Source: Phoronis australis (lineage: Eukaryota; Animalia; Phoronida). Taken from it: a DNA stretch of 64,000 nt. The position numbers and the translations under genes are program-made. A model generated the notes under the pieces. It was not told the DNA's origin. It did no database searches and saw only the letters and a list, made by a program, of their open reading frames with translations. The DNA lies in the NCBI GenBank assembly GCA_002633005.1, contig NMRA01000228.1, forward strand, positions 484,120 to 548,119, read 5' to 3'. Below are positions 53,601 to 61,866 of the stretch, piece after piece; position 1 is the stretch's first letter, and every line of letters begins with the position of its first letter.

Positions 53601-55189
53601 CGTGCATTTTAAATGAGAACACGTGACTTTGACTAGGTTTTAGCTAGGTCCTAGCGTAGGTAATCGCGTCTACTGAACGCACGCCAGGCTAGCGTCACGC
53701 GCTTCACTGCCTCGCTCTAGCCTTTGCCTGACTCACGTCACTCAGTTGACATACTTTGTGGTTATCGTGCACGTAGTGCTGCAAAAGTTAACAGCAACCA
53801 AAAAAGTGAAGTTCTCACAATTAAGCTTCATCAAAGATATTTCTAGAAGTAGAAAGGACCAATGAAGAAAGTAAGCGCTTTTTTAAAGTGATAGTTTTAA
53901 GTGTGGAATGTATTTTTGACAAGGTAAAAACTCAAAATCGGTGGCCGGATTTGGCCTACCGTCCGTTTAGGTAATTGTTTATAATAAGACGACATTGACT
54001 TACACATGATTTTGGTATTGTTGGATTCCTTGCAACGTTATCTTTCCAAAAATACACAGAAATTTTTCCTACCCCGCTCCCTTAGTATTTTATAGTGAAA
54101 TTTCTTCTCGCACTATTTCCTGGTTCTCGGTAGTAATACCGCCATGTTGAATGGAAGGAGTCACCTGGTGGTCAAAAACCAAACTAATCTAGACTTCTGT
54201 AGATAGTCGCTTTTCATAAGTTCAAACTGACTGAGACCCGTCTATCCCCTGCCCGAGTTACAGTCCCAAGGGTTCGAATTCAATTCTATGGTGACCCTGG
54301 TATGCATCTTCTAGCAAGAATTTGCGAAAAAGCGGAGGTTGTTTTTGAGGTCCAAATTGGTGAAAAGGGTACCACTTCAGACAATTTCGTGGAAAAACGG
54401 ACAAATGGGCAAATTTCTAATAAAAAATTGAAAGGTGAAATACTGCTCACTTGTTCCTCCATATGTTGAGGAAAACTTAAGCAGGAATCTCGCATGGGCA
54501 AACACCACTCACATTCAATGATGCTGTTTCATTCATTAACAACAGGTGTCGCTGTAATCTTGAGTTATGGTGGTGTCAACCAGGAAATAGTGGGAACCAA
54601 AATTCGACAATAAAATACAGAGGTAATGCGGTAGGGATACATTCATATATTTCTGGAAAGATAATTTGCGTGGAATCGAATGATAACAAAATCATGTGCG
54701 TAGGTCAATATCGTCATATTGTAAACAATTAACCCCGTTTAAAATACATGGAACGAAATGAGTACAGAAAGCGATGGGAAGTATTGTATCCTCTAACCAG
54801 CCAACCGAGGCCGAGGGGCTCCGTGTTGCCTATATCAGGGACAGCTATCTCGGCTATTTCAGACGGTGAAGCTGTCAATGCCTTACCAAAACATCGTTAC
54901 AAATGTCGGTGAGCTCTTTTTCGATCTTCTCTTTGTATCTTTTGGCCATTTCCTTCTTTTTGTCATTACTTTCGTTTTTCTGTTCGATGCTTGAAATAAC
55001 CCTCCACGACGAACGCCGAGCACCGACAACATTTTTGTAGGCAACAGAGAGCAGATTTCTTTCCTCGTTTTCAAGCATTTTTTTATGTTTGGTAACTTCT
55101 TTCATGGCATTCGCCATATCTTCATATCGCTCTGCTTGCTCAGCTAACTTTGCTCGCTGAACCATAAGCTCGTCTGAAGACGCATCCAT
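2571..55189 (-). CDS. 14-3-3zeta: 14-3-3 gene A (non-epsilon, zeta-like), multi-exon. Isoform 1: 54887-55189, 44345-44486, 13335-13498, 8435-8530, 2571-2621 (251 aa). Isoform 2: same first two exons plus 29722-29885, 28416-28520, 25592-25651 (257 aa)
   Basis: Manual translation gives the 14-3-3 signatures [33 protein letters not shown] and [17 protein letters not shown]. All junctions are GT-AG with phases 0/1/0/0. Exon 3 (164 nt) and exon 4 (96 nt) match the vertebrate zeta/beta/theta exon sizes as I recall them. Confidence 0.95.
3331..4933 (-). mobile_element. HINE family 1, full-length copy with internal tandem array
   Basis: One end is AACAAGAG plus a stem-loop plus ATGCGCCCA, and the other is TGGGCGCATAAAAA (subterminal inverted repeat). 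Inserted in an A/T run with no TSD. Confidence 0.85.
6285..7835. mobile_element. hAT-like MITE family (terminus CA(A/G)GGC(A/T)TG(G/A)AATTTTCCGCGG); other copies at about 24698-25204 and 50585-51017
   Basis: Three dispersed homologous copies. The 24698-25204 copy has imperfect TIRs (CAGGTCTTGGAAT / ATTTCAAGCCCTG). No clear TSD. Confidence 0.6.
6433..7541 (+). mobile_element. HINE family 2, full-length, inserted in a hAT-like MITE
   Basis: 5' end TATTACTTGGCG. 3' end CGCCAAGT plus stem-loop CGCTC-CTCC-GAGCG plus CTCTTGTT. The flanks join seamlessly in the uninterrupted host copy at about 50585-51017. Confidence 0.75.
8435..8530 (-). CDS. 14-3-3zeta: 14-3-3 distal exon 4: [32 protein letters not shown]
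   Basis: Acceptor TTGTAG and donor GTACGT. 96 nt, containing 14-3-3 signature 2. Confidence 0.96.
13335..13498 (-). CDS. 14-3-3zeta: 14-3-3 distal (canonical) exon 3: (E)[54 protein letters not shown]
   Basis: Acceptor TTCCTTTTAG and donor AAA|GTAAGT. 164 nt, phase-compatible with exon 2. Confidence 0.96.
16877..17634. mobile_element. Old MITE-like insertion within the L1-like remnant
   Basis: Imperfect inverted ends ATTGTTCTAAA / TTTAGAACAAT with C-rich and G-rich subterminal repeats. Confidence 0.4.
17674..18998. mobile_element. Non-autonomous Tc1/pogo-like DNA transposon with TA TSD
   Basis: TIRs CTGTACTCGTCTGGGTTACGGCCCA / TGGGCAGTAACACAGACGAGTACGG, with TA on both sides. Confidence 0.8.
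20289..21452 (-). mobile_element. 5'-truncated non-LTR retrotransposon (RTEX-like ORF2 C-terminus) with (CT)n tail and 8-bp TSD
   Basis: ORF 20417-21292 has [18 protein letters not shown] and IETGR...RLCEIC...[11 protein letters not shown]. The upstream frame has YKYLG and two stops. AATAAA is followed by (CT)n, and the TSD TGGCATTT lies at 20281-20288 and 21453-21460. The clade call is from memory. Confidence 0.88.
22167..22706. mobile_element. Foldback/MITE with about 205-bp inverted arms (22167-22373 and 22501-22706)
   Basis: The arms are reverse complements. The ORF track shows near-identical peptides on opposite strands (22152-22343 - and 22531-22743 +). Confidence 0.8.
25592..25651 (-). 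CDS. 14-3-3 proximal terminal exon 5: [19 protein letters not shown]
   Basis: Acceptor TTTCAG, LWTS start, acidic tail, and TGA at 25594-25592. Confidence 0.9.
   Translation of the reverse strand, partial: LWTSSNFEDEDGGDAEKAS
26192..28090. mobile_element. Non-autonomous Tc1/pogo-like element with TA TSD, spanning an assembly gap and inserted into a HINE fragment
   Basis: TIRs CTGTATTCGCCATAATAACCGCCCA / TGGGCGGTTGTTACAGCGAATACGG with flanking TA. The host sequence AGATGCA-TA-TGTGCC rejoins as in the HINE copy near 4671. Confidence 0.8.
26655..27392. other. Assembly gap (N run); other gaps at 32193-32222, 51740-52178 and 56083-56125
   Basis: Runs of N in the sequence. Confidence 0.99.
28416..28520 (-). 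CDS. 14-3-3 proximal exon 4: [35 protein letters not shown]
   Basis: Acceptor CCTTAG and donor GTAAGT. 105 nt (3 codons longer than the distal copy), with the [14 protein letters not shown] signature. Confidence 0.94.
29722..29885 (-). CDS. 14-3-3 proximal (divergent) exon 3: (G)[54 protein letters not shown]
   Basis: Acceptor CTTTTTAG and donor AAG|GTAAGC. 164 nt, phase 1 in and phase 0 out, no stops. Not present in the ORF track. Confidence 0.93.
34776..35074. mobile_element. Tc1/pogo-like MITE; related fragment at about 2722-2890
   Basis: Imperfect TIRs TACGGTAAAAATTCTCCAATTTAGAACAG / CTGTCCCACATTGGAGAACTTTTACTGAA. Confidence 0.6.
37060..37890 (-). mobile_element. Degenerate HINE family 1 copy; further fragments at about 13990-14150, 25880-26190, 31560-31870 and 44540-45060
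   Basis: Recurrent AAAATTGCCACTAGGGGGCAC-type motifs in the same unit order as the full copies. Confidence 0.7.
37915..38020. repeat. Short minisatellite, about 19-20-bp unit (TTTAAAATCCCGCGTCCTG-like), about 4 copies
   Basis: Read directly from the sequence. Confidence 0.6.
40235..41925 (-). mobile_element. HINE family 1 full-length copy nested in an older copy of the same family (about 40080-42110)
   Basis: Both termini are present. The flanks GATACAGAAGCAAACTTA and CTAAAATTGCCAC rejoin into the family unit, and a second terminus occurs at about 42107. Confidence 0.85.
44345..44486 (-). CDS. 14-3-3zeta: 14-3-3 gene A exon 2 ([47 protein letters not shown]), 142 nt
   Basis: Acceptor TTCCACAG and donor G|GTGAGT (phase 1). 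Contains the [10 protein letters not shown] motif. Confidence 0.96.
46764..47221. mobile_element. hAT-type MITE, 458 bp, with a perfect 8-bp TSD
   Basis: TIRs CAGGCCTTCATGCAG / CTGGATAAAGGCCTG, and TSD CCAAGCAG at 46756-46763 and 47222-47229. Confidence 0.88.
51225..53533. mobile_element. Longer inverted copy of the same hAT element, interrupted by a HINE
   Basis: Both ends and 52716-52810 are reverse-complement homologs of 46764-47221. Confidence 0.7.
51354..52718 (-). mobile_element. HINE family 1 copy (spans an assembly gap) in gene A intron 1
   Basis: Both termini are present, with a (GACG)n-like microsatellite near 52620-52670. The empty site is visible in the hAT copy at about 47085-47105. 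Confidence 0.85.
53965..54742. mobile_element. MITE-like element with about 160-bp degenerate inverted arms, about 145 bp into gene A intron 1
   Basis: 53970-54125 is an imperfect reverse complement of 54577-54735 (for example CACTATTTCCTGGTT / AACCAGGAAATAGTG). Confidence 0.6.
54887..55189 (-). CDS. 14-3-3zeta: 14-3-3 gene A coding exon 1 ([25 protein letters not shown]...[10 protein letters not shown]), 101 codons
   Basis: ATG at 55189-55187 and donor GTAAGG after 54887 (phase 0). Contains the [20 protein letters not shown] signature. Confidence 0.97.
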
Positions 55190-55499
55190 TTCGCTAGTGA
55201 ATAACGAAAAGCACCCCTCCAAATTTTCAGGAATCGAGACCGGACAGATTTCCACTGCGCACTAATATTCGCGCATTCTCACGAGACGGTGTGTTTTTCA
55301 AAAACGCCAGACGTCTCGCTACGCGCTTAGTCTCAAACCCAGCGTCTAAAATGATAAAAGACGGAGTAATTTGGCGGACAGAAACATAACATAAATAATT
55401 GAAACCAATAATTTATTTAGCTTCTTACTCAATTTAGAGGATTAGCCTGAAATTTATATTGAATATGAAAAGGAGACAAACATCGCTGTCACAGCGCTA

Positions 55500-55790
55500 C
55501 CTATTCGCTCGCTGGTTCCCTGCGTGCCGCTAGCCAGCGTGCTGGCTAGGCACTGTAGTAGGGGACCAGCGAGTAGCTATTCGTAGCAACAAAGACTACT
55601 CGCTGGTTACCTGCGTGCCGCTTGGTGGTAGCCAGCACGTGATGGCTAGGCACGTACGTAGGGAACCAGCGAACAAAGGCTAATGAACATTTATCCCATT
55701 GGCCAACGATGGTCTTTGGCAGCGGCACGCAGTGAGCGCTGATCGAGGCCGCCTCCCGACCTCCCGCCAATTCGGCCGGGTGCTATGCGC
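55500..55790 (-). promoter_or_regulatory. CpG-rich upstream region of gene A with two tandem hairpin elements, an E-box (CACGTG 55636-55641) and a CCAAT box (about 55700)
   Basis: CpG enrichment 300-600 bp upstream of the ATG, with the motifs read directly. The promoter role is inferred. Confidence 0.4.
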
Positions 55791-58700
55791 ATCTACAATC
55801 GTGGTTCAGTTTGCGCAAATGCTTACAGCCGGACAAAATGTTGGGCCCCCCTTGTGATATCAGTCCTAGATCCACCACTGCAGGGGGTTCAAACCCCCCC
55901 CGGGACAGGATCAGAAATAAAAATTGAAAAAATTCACCAGAAAAAAACGAAATCAGCTACTAAAAACTACAAAAAAAATCTTACACGGGAGGGGGTAACT
56001 CTCCCGACCCAGTTCCCGTTCAGCGCGCGGCGCTATGCGCCGCCTCCGATTCGCTCGAATGATTTTTATCCCCCCCCCCCCCNNNNNNNNNNNNNNNNNN
56101 NNNNNNNNNNNNNNNNNNNNNNNNNCCCCCCCCCCCCCTTACTGAAAATGTAGATCTGCCACTGTTACATTCTGGCGTGTATGGTTGGAGGGCCAGCTCT
56201 CTTTTGTTGATAATTTGCTCAAATCTCCAATAAGATCGTAAGCCTGACTGGGCTGTGCTGTTAGATAAGTTAAGTTATAACATGTTTGAACATAAACCAA
56301 GAGCATTTCTGAAATGCTCCTCAAAAGGTGATGAGGTTTAATTTTTGAGTCTCCAAAATCACCCAACTACAACCGAAGTTACGACAATTCTTTCACTGAC
56401 AACCCTCTACATCTGGTAAAGTCACTGAACGGGAAAACCCCGTCATGTTCGGCCTCGTGGTACGCTACACCAAACATTGATATGAAGTTACAGTTAATGC
56501 ATCAGCTCCTGGCTTAGAAAAGAGCCTTAAAAATAATGACAATGAACTAACACTACTTTCCTGATACAAATCTGATTTTCAAATTATTAAAAATATCAGT
56601 CTACTTGATACATCCTACCCTACTTGAAAATATTGAATTTATTTTTACACAAAACCTTCCACATTATGCCTATATATGATCAGTATTTAAAAAATTGCAA
56701 GCACGATAACCGAAAGAGTAAAAAATTCTCGTTCACCAGATTTTTAGAAAACTGTTCTGTTATCCCACAACAAACCATGGCCGTAGGAAGCGAGGTGGGG
56801 ACGCACGGGCCCCCCAAAAAAATTTCAGGCATCAGGGTTAAACCGTGACAACCGACATAGGCGTGGGGGCGAGGACAGCCGAAAAAAGAAAGACTGCGAA
56901 ATATGGATAAGAGAGAAAATTCAAGAGAACATTTAACAACTCTGCATCAGTGCATGGTTTACCTTCTGTGGACCCTGGCCAGGACATTGTCGTTAGGGTC
57001 TCCGCTTTTGCAGCACAGGTCGACTAAACGCACTTGAAAACGCGTACGAAATCAATCATACATATATTTCGAAAAATCGAGAAAATTTGTAAAGCGAAGC
57101 TTTCGCGGAGCGCACTAATTTACTGGATTTTAAATTTCAATAAGTCAATTTTGCGAATGCAAAACTATATTTTCCAGATGCCTTTCTCAGGCAAGGGATA
57201 AAGGAGACAACTTTTGCTTTATTTCTCTCTCGAAACTGTATATTATTTGAGAAAAAAATGATGACCTGACATGTAACATCAATTGCTGCGCATTTCTAGC
57301 CAGCCAGCTAGCTGTCTGAAGACTGTCGTCAAAATATATTTAGTATACAGCTTTGTACCAAGACTAGCGCATTTCCTGATATTTGAGAATGTAGATATTT
57401 TCATATTTAGGGGCCCCGCCCTTGAAGGAGACCATTGGTGACCTTTTTGGGTTTTTATTGACAAATTCCTAAGAGGCCGCTCACGGAGAGAGGTCCCAAT
57501 GTTGGAATCGATTACCTCTATTTTCCTGCTTTTTGTGAAATCGTGCAACCGGCTTTCATGTTGAAGGAGGTCACTCCCTGCCTCGTTTTGGGACCACACG
57601 ACGGTGGAATGCACTGTCACCCTTTTTCAAAGCTTAATGATGTTTAGCCTTTCATCTATTGTCCCATTTTAGACGGTACCCTCTCCATCTGTGGAGCAGT
57701 TCGGGGAAATTCCCTTTGCCCCTTTATACATGTAAATCCGACACTGCCAAGTATTCACGGTAGAAACTGAGATTCCAAATTCATCAAAAAACAAAACATT
57801 CGTGCACAGCACAGACATTCGACCCAAACAACTAAAAATGTGAAAAAAATACAGTAGGATTGCCGCCATCAATGAGGGTGGCATGTTGAAGAATGTGAAG
57901 ACCACTATTTGTGAATAACACAAAAGGTCTTCCGATCGTGAGTTATAAAGTAGTGTTTCTGTTACCCGTAGTACCAAGAGAATAGTATATCTTTTAAAGA
58001 TGGTTACTAATAGTCATTTATAAAGAATTCTCGCATGTGCAAAACACAAGGCTACTATTTGTGATGAAAGTGTACATGTCGAAAAGGAGTACTCAAAGAA
58101 CTCTCGCAATCATCAACAAAGATTTCAGCGTTAACCTCGTGACCCGTTACAGGCACCTATAAAATGACCAGAATACACCTTAATACGAATGCCCCATCTC
58201 CCATTCACTCGGTTACCCGTCAAAAGTGTGCAAGTATGCATGCGGAAATTGCTTTTAGCATTTCGATTTCATAAACAAATTCGTTGGTTTCTGATGTTTA
58301 TGCATTAATGAAAATCGATAGGTTCATAAATGATTTTTGACAATCAGAAGCTAATTTTGTAAGAATTGATGATGTTTCAGTGAATGTAATTGCAGTCTGA
58401 AGTTGGAAAAACTCTATAATCCGATCCCCAAATAGTAAAGTACACTTATAGACGATTTTTGGATATCTAAAATAACTCTCAAAGATTGATGAAATTCGGA
58501 TTCACAAACCGTAGATAGAAAAAACGTTTTAAAAATCCTCAAATAAATAAAATCAAACTCATTGCTTGGAAAGATTGTCTTTGCAATTCCTTGGTGTATT
58601 TAGTTTCCATTAGTATTAAGCAATGAATTTTTGTTCTTCAAAATGTAATTGATTGCTTGTCTTGATTTGCGTGCACGTCATGACTGACGTACCCACGCTA

Positions 58701-59427
58701 AAAATAAGATGCACCCTGCTGTAAGCCCGGCGCGCAGAATCTCAGTGATCCATGGGAACTGCATTTGAATTCCAGGCGTTCAGGAAGTGTGACAGGGACA
58801 CACTATCCTTTTCTCCAGCCACCACAAACTGGATTACCGGTCGTGTTTCAACTAGGCATTTTGAAACAGTCCCAAAGGCACTATACCAGGGGCTTCGGGA
58901 CCTCACCGTTTCAAAAAAACTCCTTCAAAGAATGGCCATAATAAAATATTTTTTCCCGAAACTGGATCACAATAAAACGAATCTTGACTGTAGAGCGAGC
59001 GCAGACGACCGGTACGAGCTGCCTGTCTCAAGTGAATCACAGCTGAGCTGACCAACAACTATAGCTTTAATTCATCGAGAATTTCGTATTTTCACAGCTA
59101 TGGTGAGTCTTCGCTACCAGTTAGTGTACTAGTCCTGGGCCCTTTCTTACTCTCCGTGTTAGTTCACGGTTACTCAACTCTTGATGCCTTCATCCCCGCG
59201 GGATTGCCCCAGGGGCGAACAGCAGGATTTTGAGTTGGGGGGCGCCGGGGGGGGGGGGGGGGNGCAGGGCAGAGTATGATCCACAAGGGAGTTTATCCGT
59301 CAGAAATTCGCACCCTCGAACTGCAAACAAATGGAATCTGGGAGAATTTTACGGGGGTCATGGCCCCTTGGCCATCCCTAAATCCGTCACTGTGCCACCC
59401 ACAGCCGCTAGGGTGGTCGTGTGTTCT

Positions 59428-59580
59428 CTACCACCTAGTGACACGCAGGGAACCAGCGAGCTTGACTACCAGCGTGCCCAACCCGTCGTATGCCACGTGA
59501 CTTGTTATTATGTGCAGCGCTACCTTTTGGCGGTAAAGCCTTCTTTTGCAAGCTAAGAACAGCTCTGATTGGTTGTCAAT
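59428..59580 (+). promoter_or_regulatory. Upstream region of gene B with a 33-bp element shared with gene A, an E-box (59494-59499) and an inverted CCAAT (about 59568-59572)
   Basis: Motifs read directly. The region may lie inside a 5' intron if the 59102 donor is used. Confidence 0.35.
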
Positions 59581-59793
59581 CAAATGTGCGACAACGGTTA
59601 TTCGCTAGCAGCAGCAGCAGCAGCCTTTCTCATTCATATGGTAATGAATGCAATCTGTACGAGAACGCTTGACCCGTTTATTGTAAGCACAGCGAATTCC
59701 CGGGCTTTTAGTCACAGGTGTGGTTGATATAGTCGAAAGATTGTCATCCTTACTGAAGTGTTCATTTTTTCCGTGTGATAGTTTCAACTAAAG

Positions 59794-60081
59794 ATGGAAG
59801 ATATTCTTGTAACCAGAGCAAAATTCGCAGAACAGACTGAACGTTACAATGACATGTCGAAATTTATGAGAGAGTTGGTCAACAAGAAACCCGACTTGAG
59901 CGAAGATGGAAGGAATTTGCTTTCTGTCGCATATAAAAATGTTGTAGGAAGTAAACGGTCTGCTTGGAGAATTTTACAAGCGGCTGGCAGTAAGGAACAC
60001 GAGCCACCCAAGAAGGAAGTTCTCGAGGAATATACCAAAGCGGTCGAGGCAGAATTGGTTAAAGTCTGTGAAGAAATATTG
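59794..60081 (+). CDS. 14-3-3 gene B (divergent paralog) main first coding exon (MEDILVTRAKFAEQTERYNDM...ELVKVCEEIL), 96 codons. Later exons are not in the window
   Basis: [13 protein letters not shown] signature. Donor TTG|GTAGGG lies at the same homologous phase-0 position as gene A exon 1. About 47% aa identity to gene A exon 1 by hand alignment. Confidence 0.93.
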
Positions 60082-61866
60082 GTAGGGCTATGACTATTTG
60101 CCGAGTGATATTGATGTATGACTGCTATGTTGATCTGTTTTATTGATCTTATTTTCGTTTCAGAGTCGCTGGTTAATGTCATTCATGTGTAGGTCCCTCT
60201 TTTATTTATCAAAGACTTGCCATTCTTCTGGCTCTACTAAAATTAACGTGTATTTGATAATAAGATAGGCCTACATGTCATCCTGGGTAATTTATCTGTT
60301 GAATTATTCAATAAGTCTCCCCATCACATGATTAGTAGGCCTATTCATAGCATGATAGACGTTTTTGTCTTTTGACTTACACAGCTCTGCTATGTTCTTA
60401 TTCTGTTTCAAGGACATTCGGGGTTTTTTAAAGGGGAAAACAAGCTTTAGCAGTGTCCTCTTTTGATTAAATTATGATTTTCTGGTAATGTTAGAGATAA
60501 ATTAATTAAAATCCTCTGGGTTCTTATCAATGACAGTTGTCACTAAAAAATGTCCCATTATTCAGTGGAAAAGGTTATCAAATTGCAGGGCCCCTTTAAG
60601 TGCTGGCGTCCACTGATGATTGAATACCCCATAAATACTTGCTCATTTCAAAATACAGCGAATATAGTCAACTGAAGCATGTATATACATACACAGCTAG
60701 CTGTATGAAGACTATTGTATTTAGTATACTGCTTTGCGCCAAGGCTAATACATACACTGAGCTATCACATACCATGACGCTAGAGACAATTCTGGTATTC
60801 CGCACTCCTCTTCTTCGCGGCAGTGAAGTAAAATTGTACTTGTAGCAAGTGTTGCCAGATCACTCCACTCAGTTTCTTGTTGTGGCCTAACTGGCGTGAT
60901 CTCAACTGAAATACTTCTGGTTATCATGCGCAGTGAAGAAGATAACGGTGACCAAAAAGGTAGAGATGAAATTCTTGGCCAAAGTAATCTTAGTAGAGAT
61001 GCTTCATAGTAGATATGAATAGAACCAGAAAGGATCGCTGAAGAATGTGTACACTTTTTGTAAGTGACAATTTTTAATGAAAAGTATATTTTTGATGAGG
61101 TGAAAACCTCTTATTTGGTGGCTAGAGTTGGGCTACTGCAATACTCCTCATTTAAAATACATGGGTATGAGAATAGTACAAAAACCAATGGGGAGCATTG
61201 TTGCCCCTGTACAGCCAGCAGAGATAGTATGTGTTGCGCATGTAGACAGTACTAGTGTCTCAACTGGCTCTAATATACAGTAACCATCCCATAGGGCCGC
61301 CCTACACCGGAAGCTTATCGGCCATTTATTCCTCATACTAATTAAACCCTCGGTTTTGTTGCTATAAGTATATTTTGTGCATAGAGTAACACCTTAGGAG
61401 GCCTTTGATGTCTTTAACTCTTCCCAGCTTGAACAAATAAGTAGTTATCAAACTTTTTTGAACAGTCCTTCGTTCAGTTGCCCAAATTGGCATGTACAAA
61501 AGTGTTCCAAACAGGCCAGTTTGTGAATTACTTGCGTGTTTCCAAAAAATAAATCATCTCTACATCAAATTTGTTTTCATATATCAGTGCTCTGCACGAC
61601 CTGTTTTGACTCGTGGCACTTAGCCCCTGAGAATTTAGTTACCTTGTTTGAATCATCATGCATGGAGGTAAGAGTCAATTCAGCTCTCCTGTAACAAAGA
61701 AGGCATCGGAATTTTCACATTTGCAACAGGTTTTGTTTGTGTGTGGCTATTTTAACCAAGTTCCATGATTAATGGTCATGAAATTTTTACAAATAATTTT
61801 ATCAAAAAGGTAGCAGCACTTGCTTCCTTTCGGATGGTTCTGAGTTATGCTGTGCTTGCAGTGGCC

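Noticed and set aside
55190-55255. N-terminal extension [22 protein letters not shown] in the ORF track
   Set aside because: It begins at a GTG, has no 14-3-3 similarity and contains an acceptor-like site. The ATG at 55189 is the better start.
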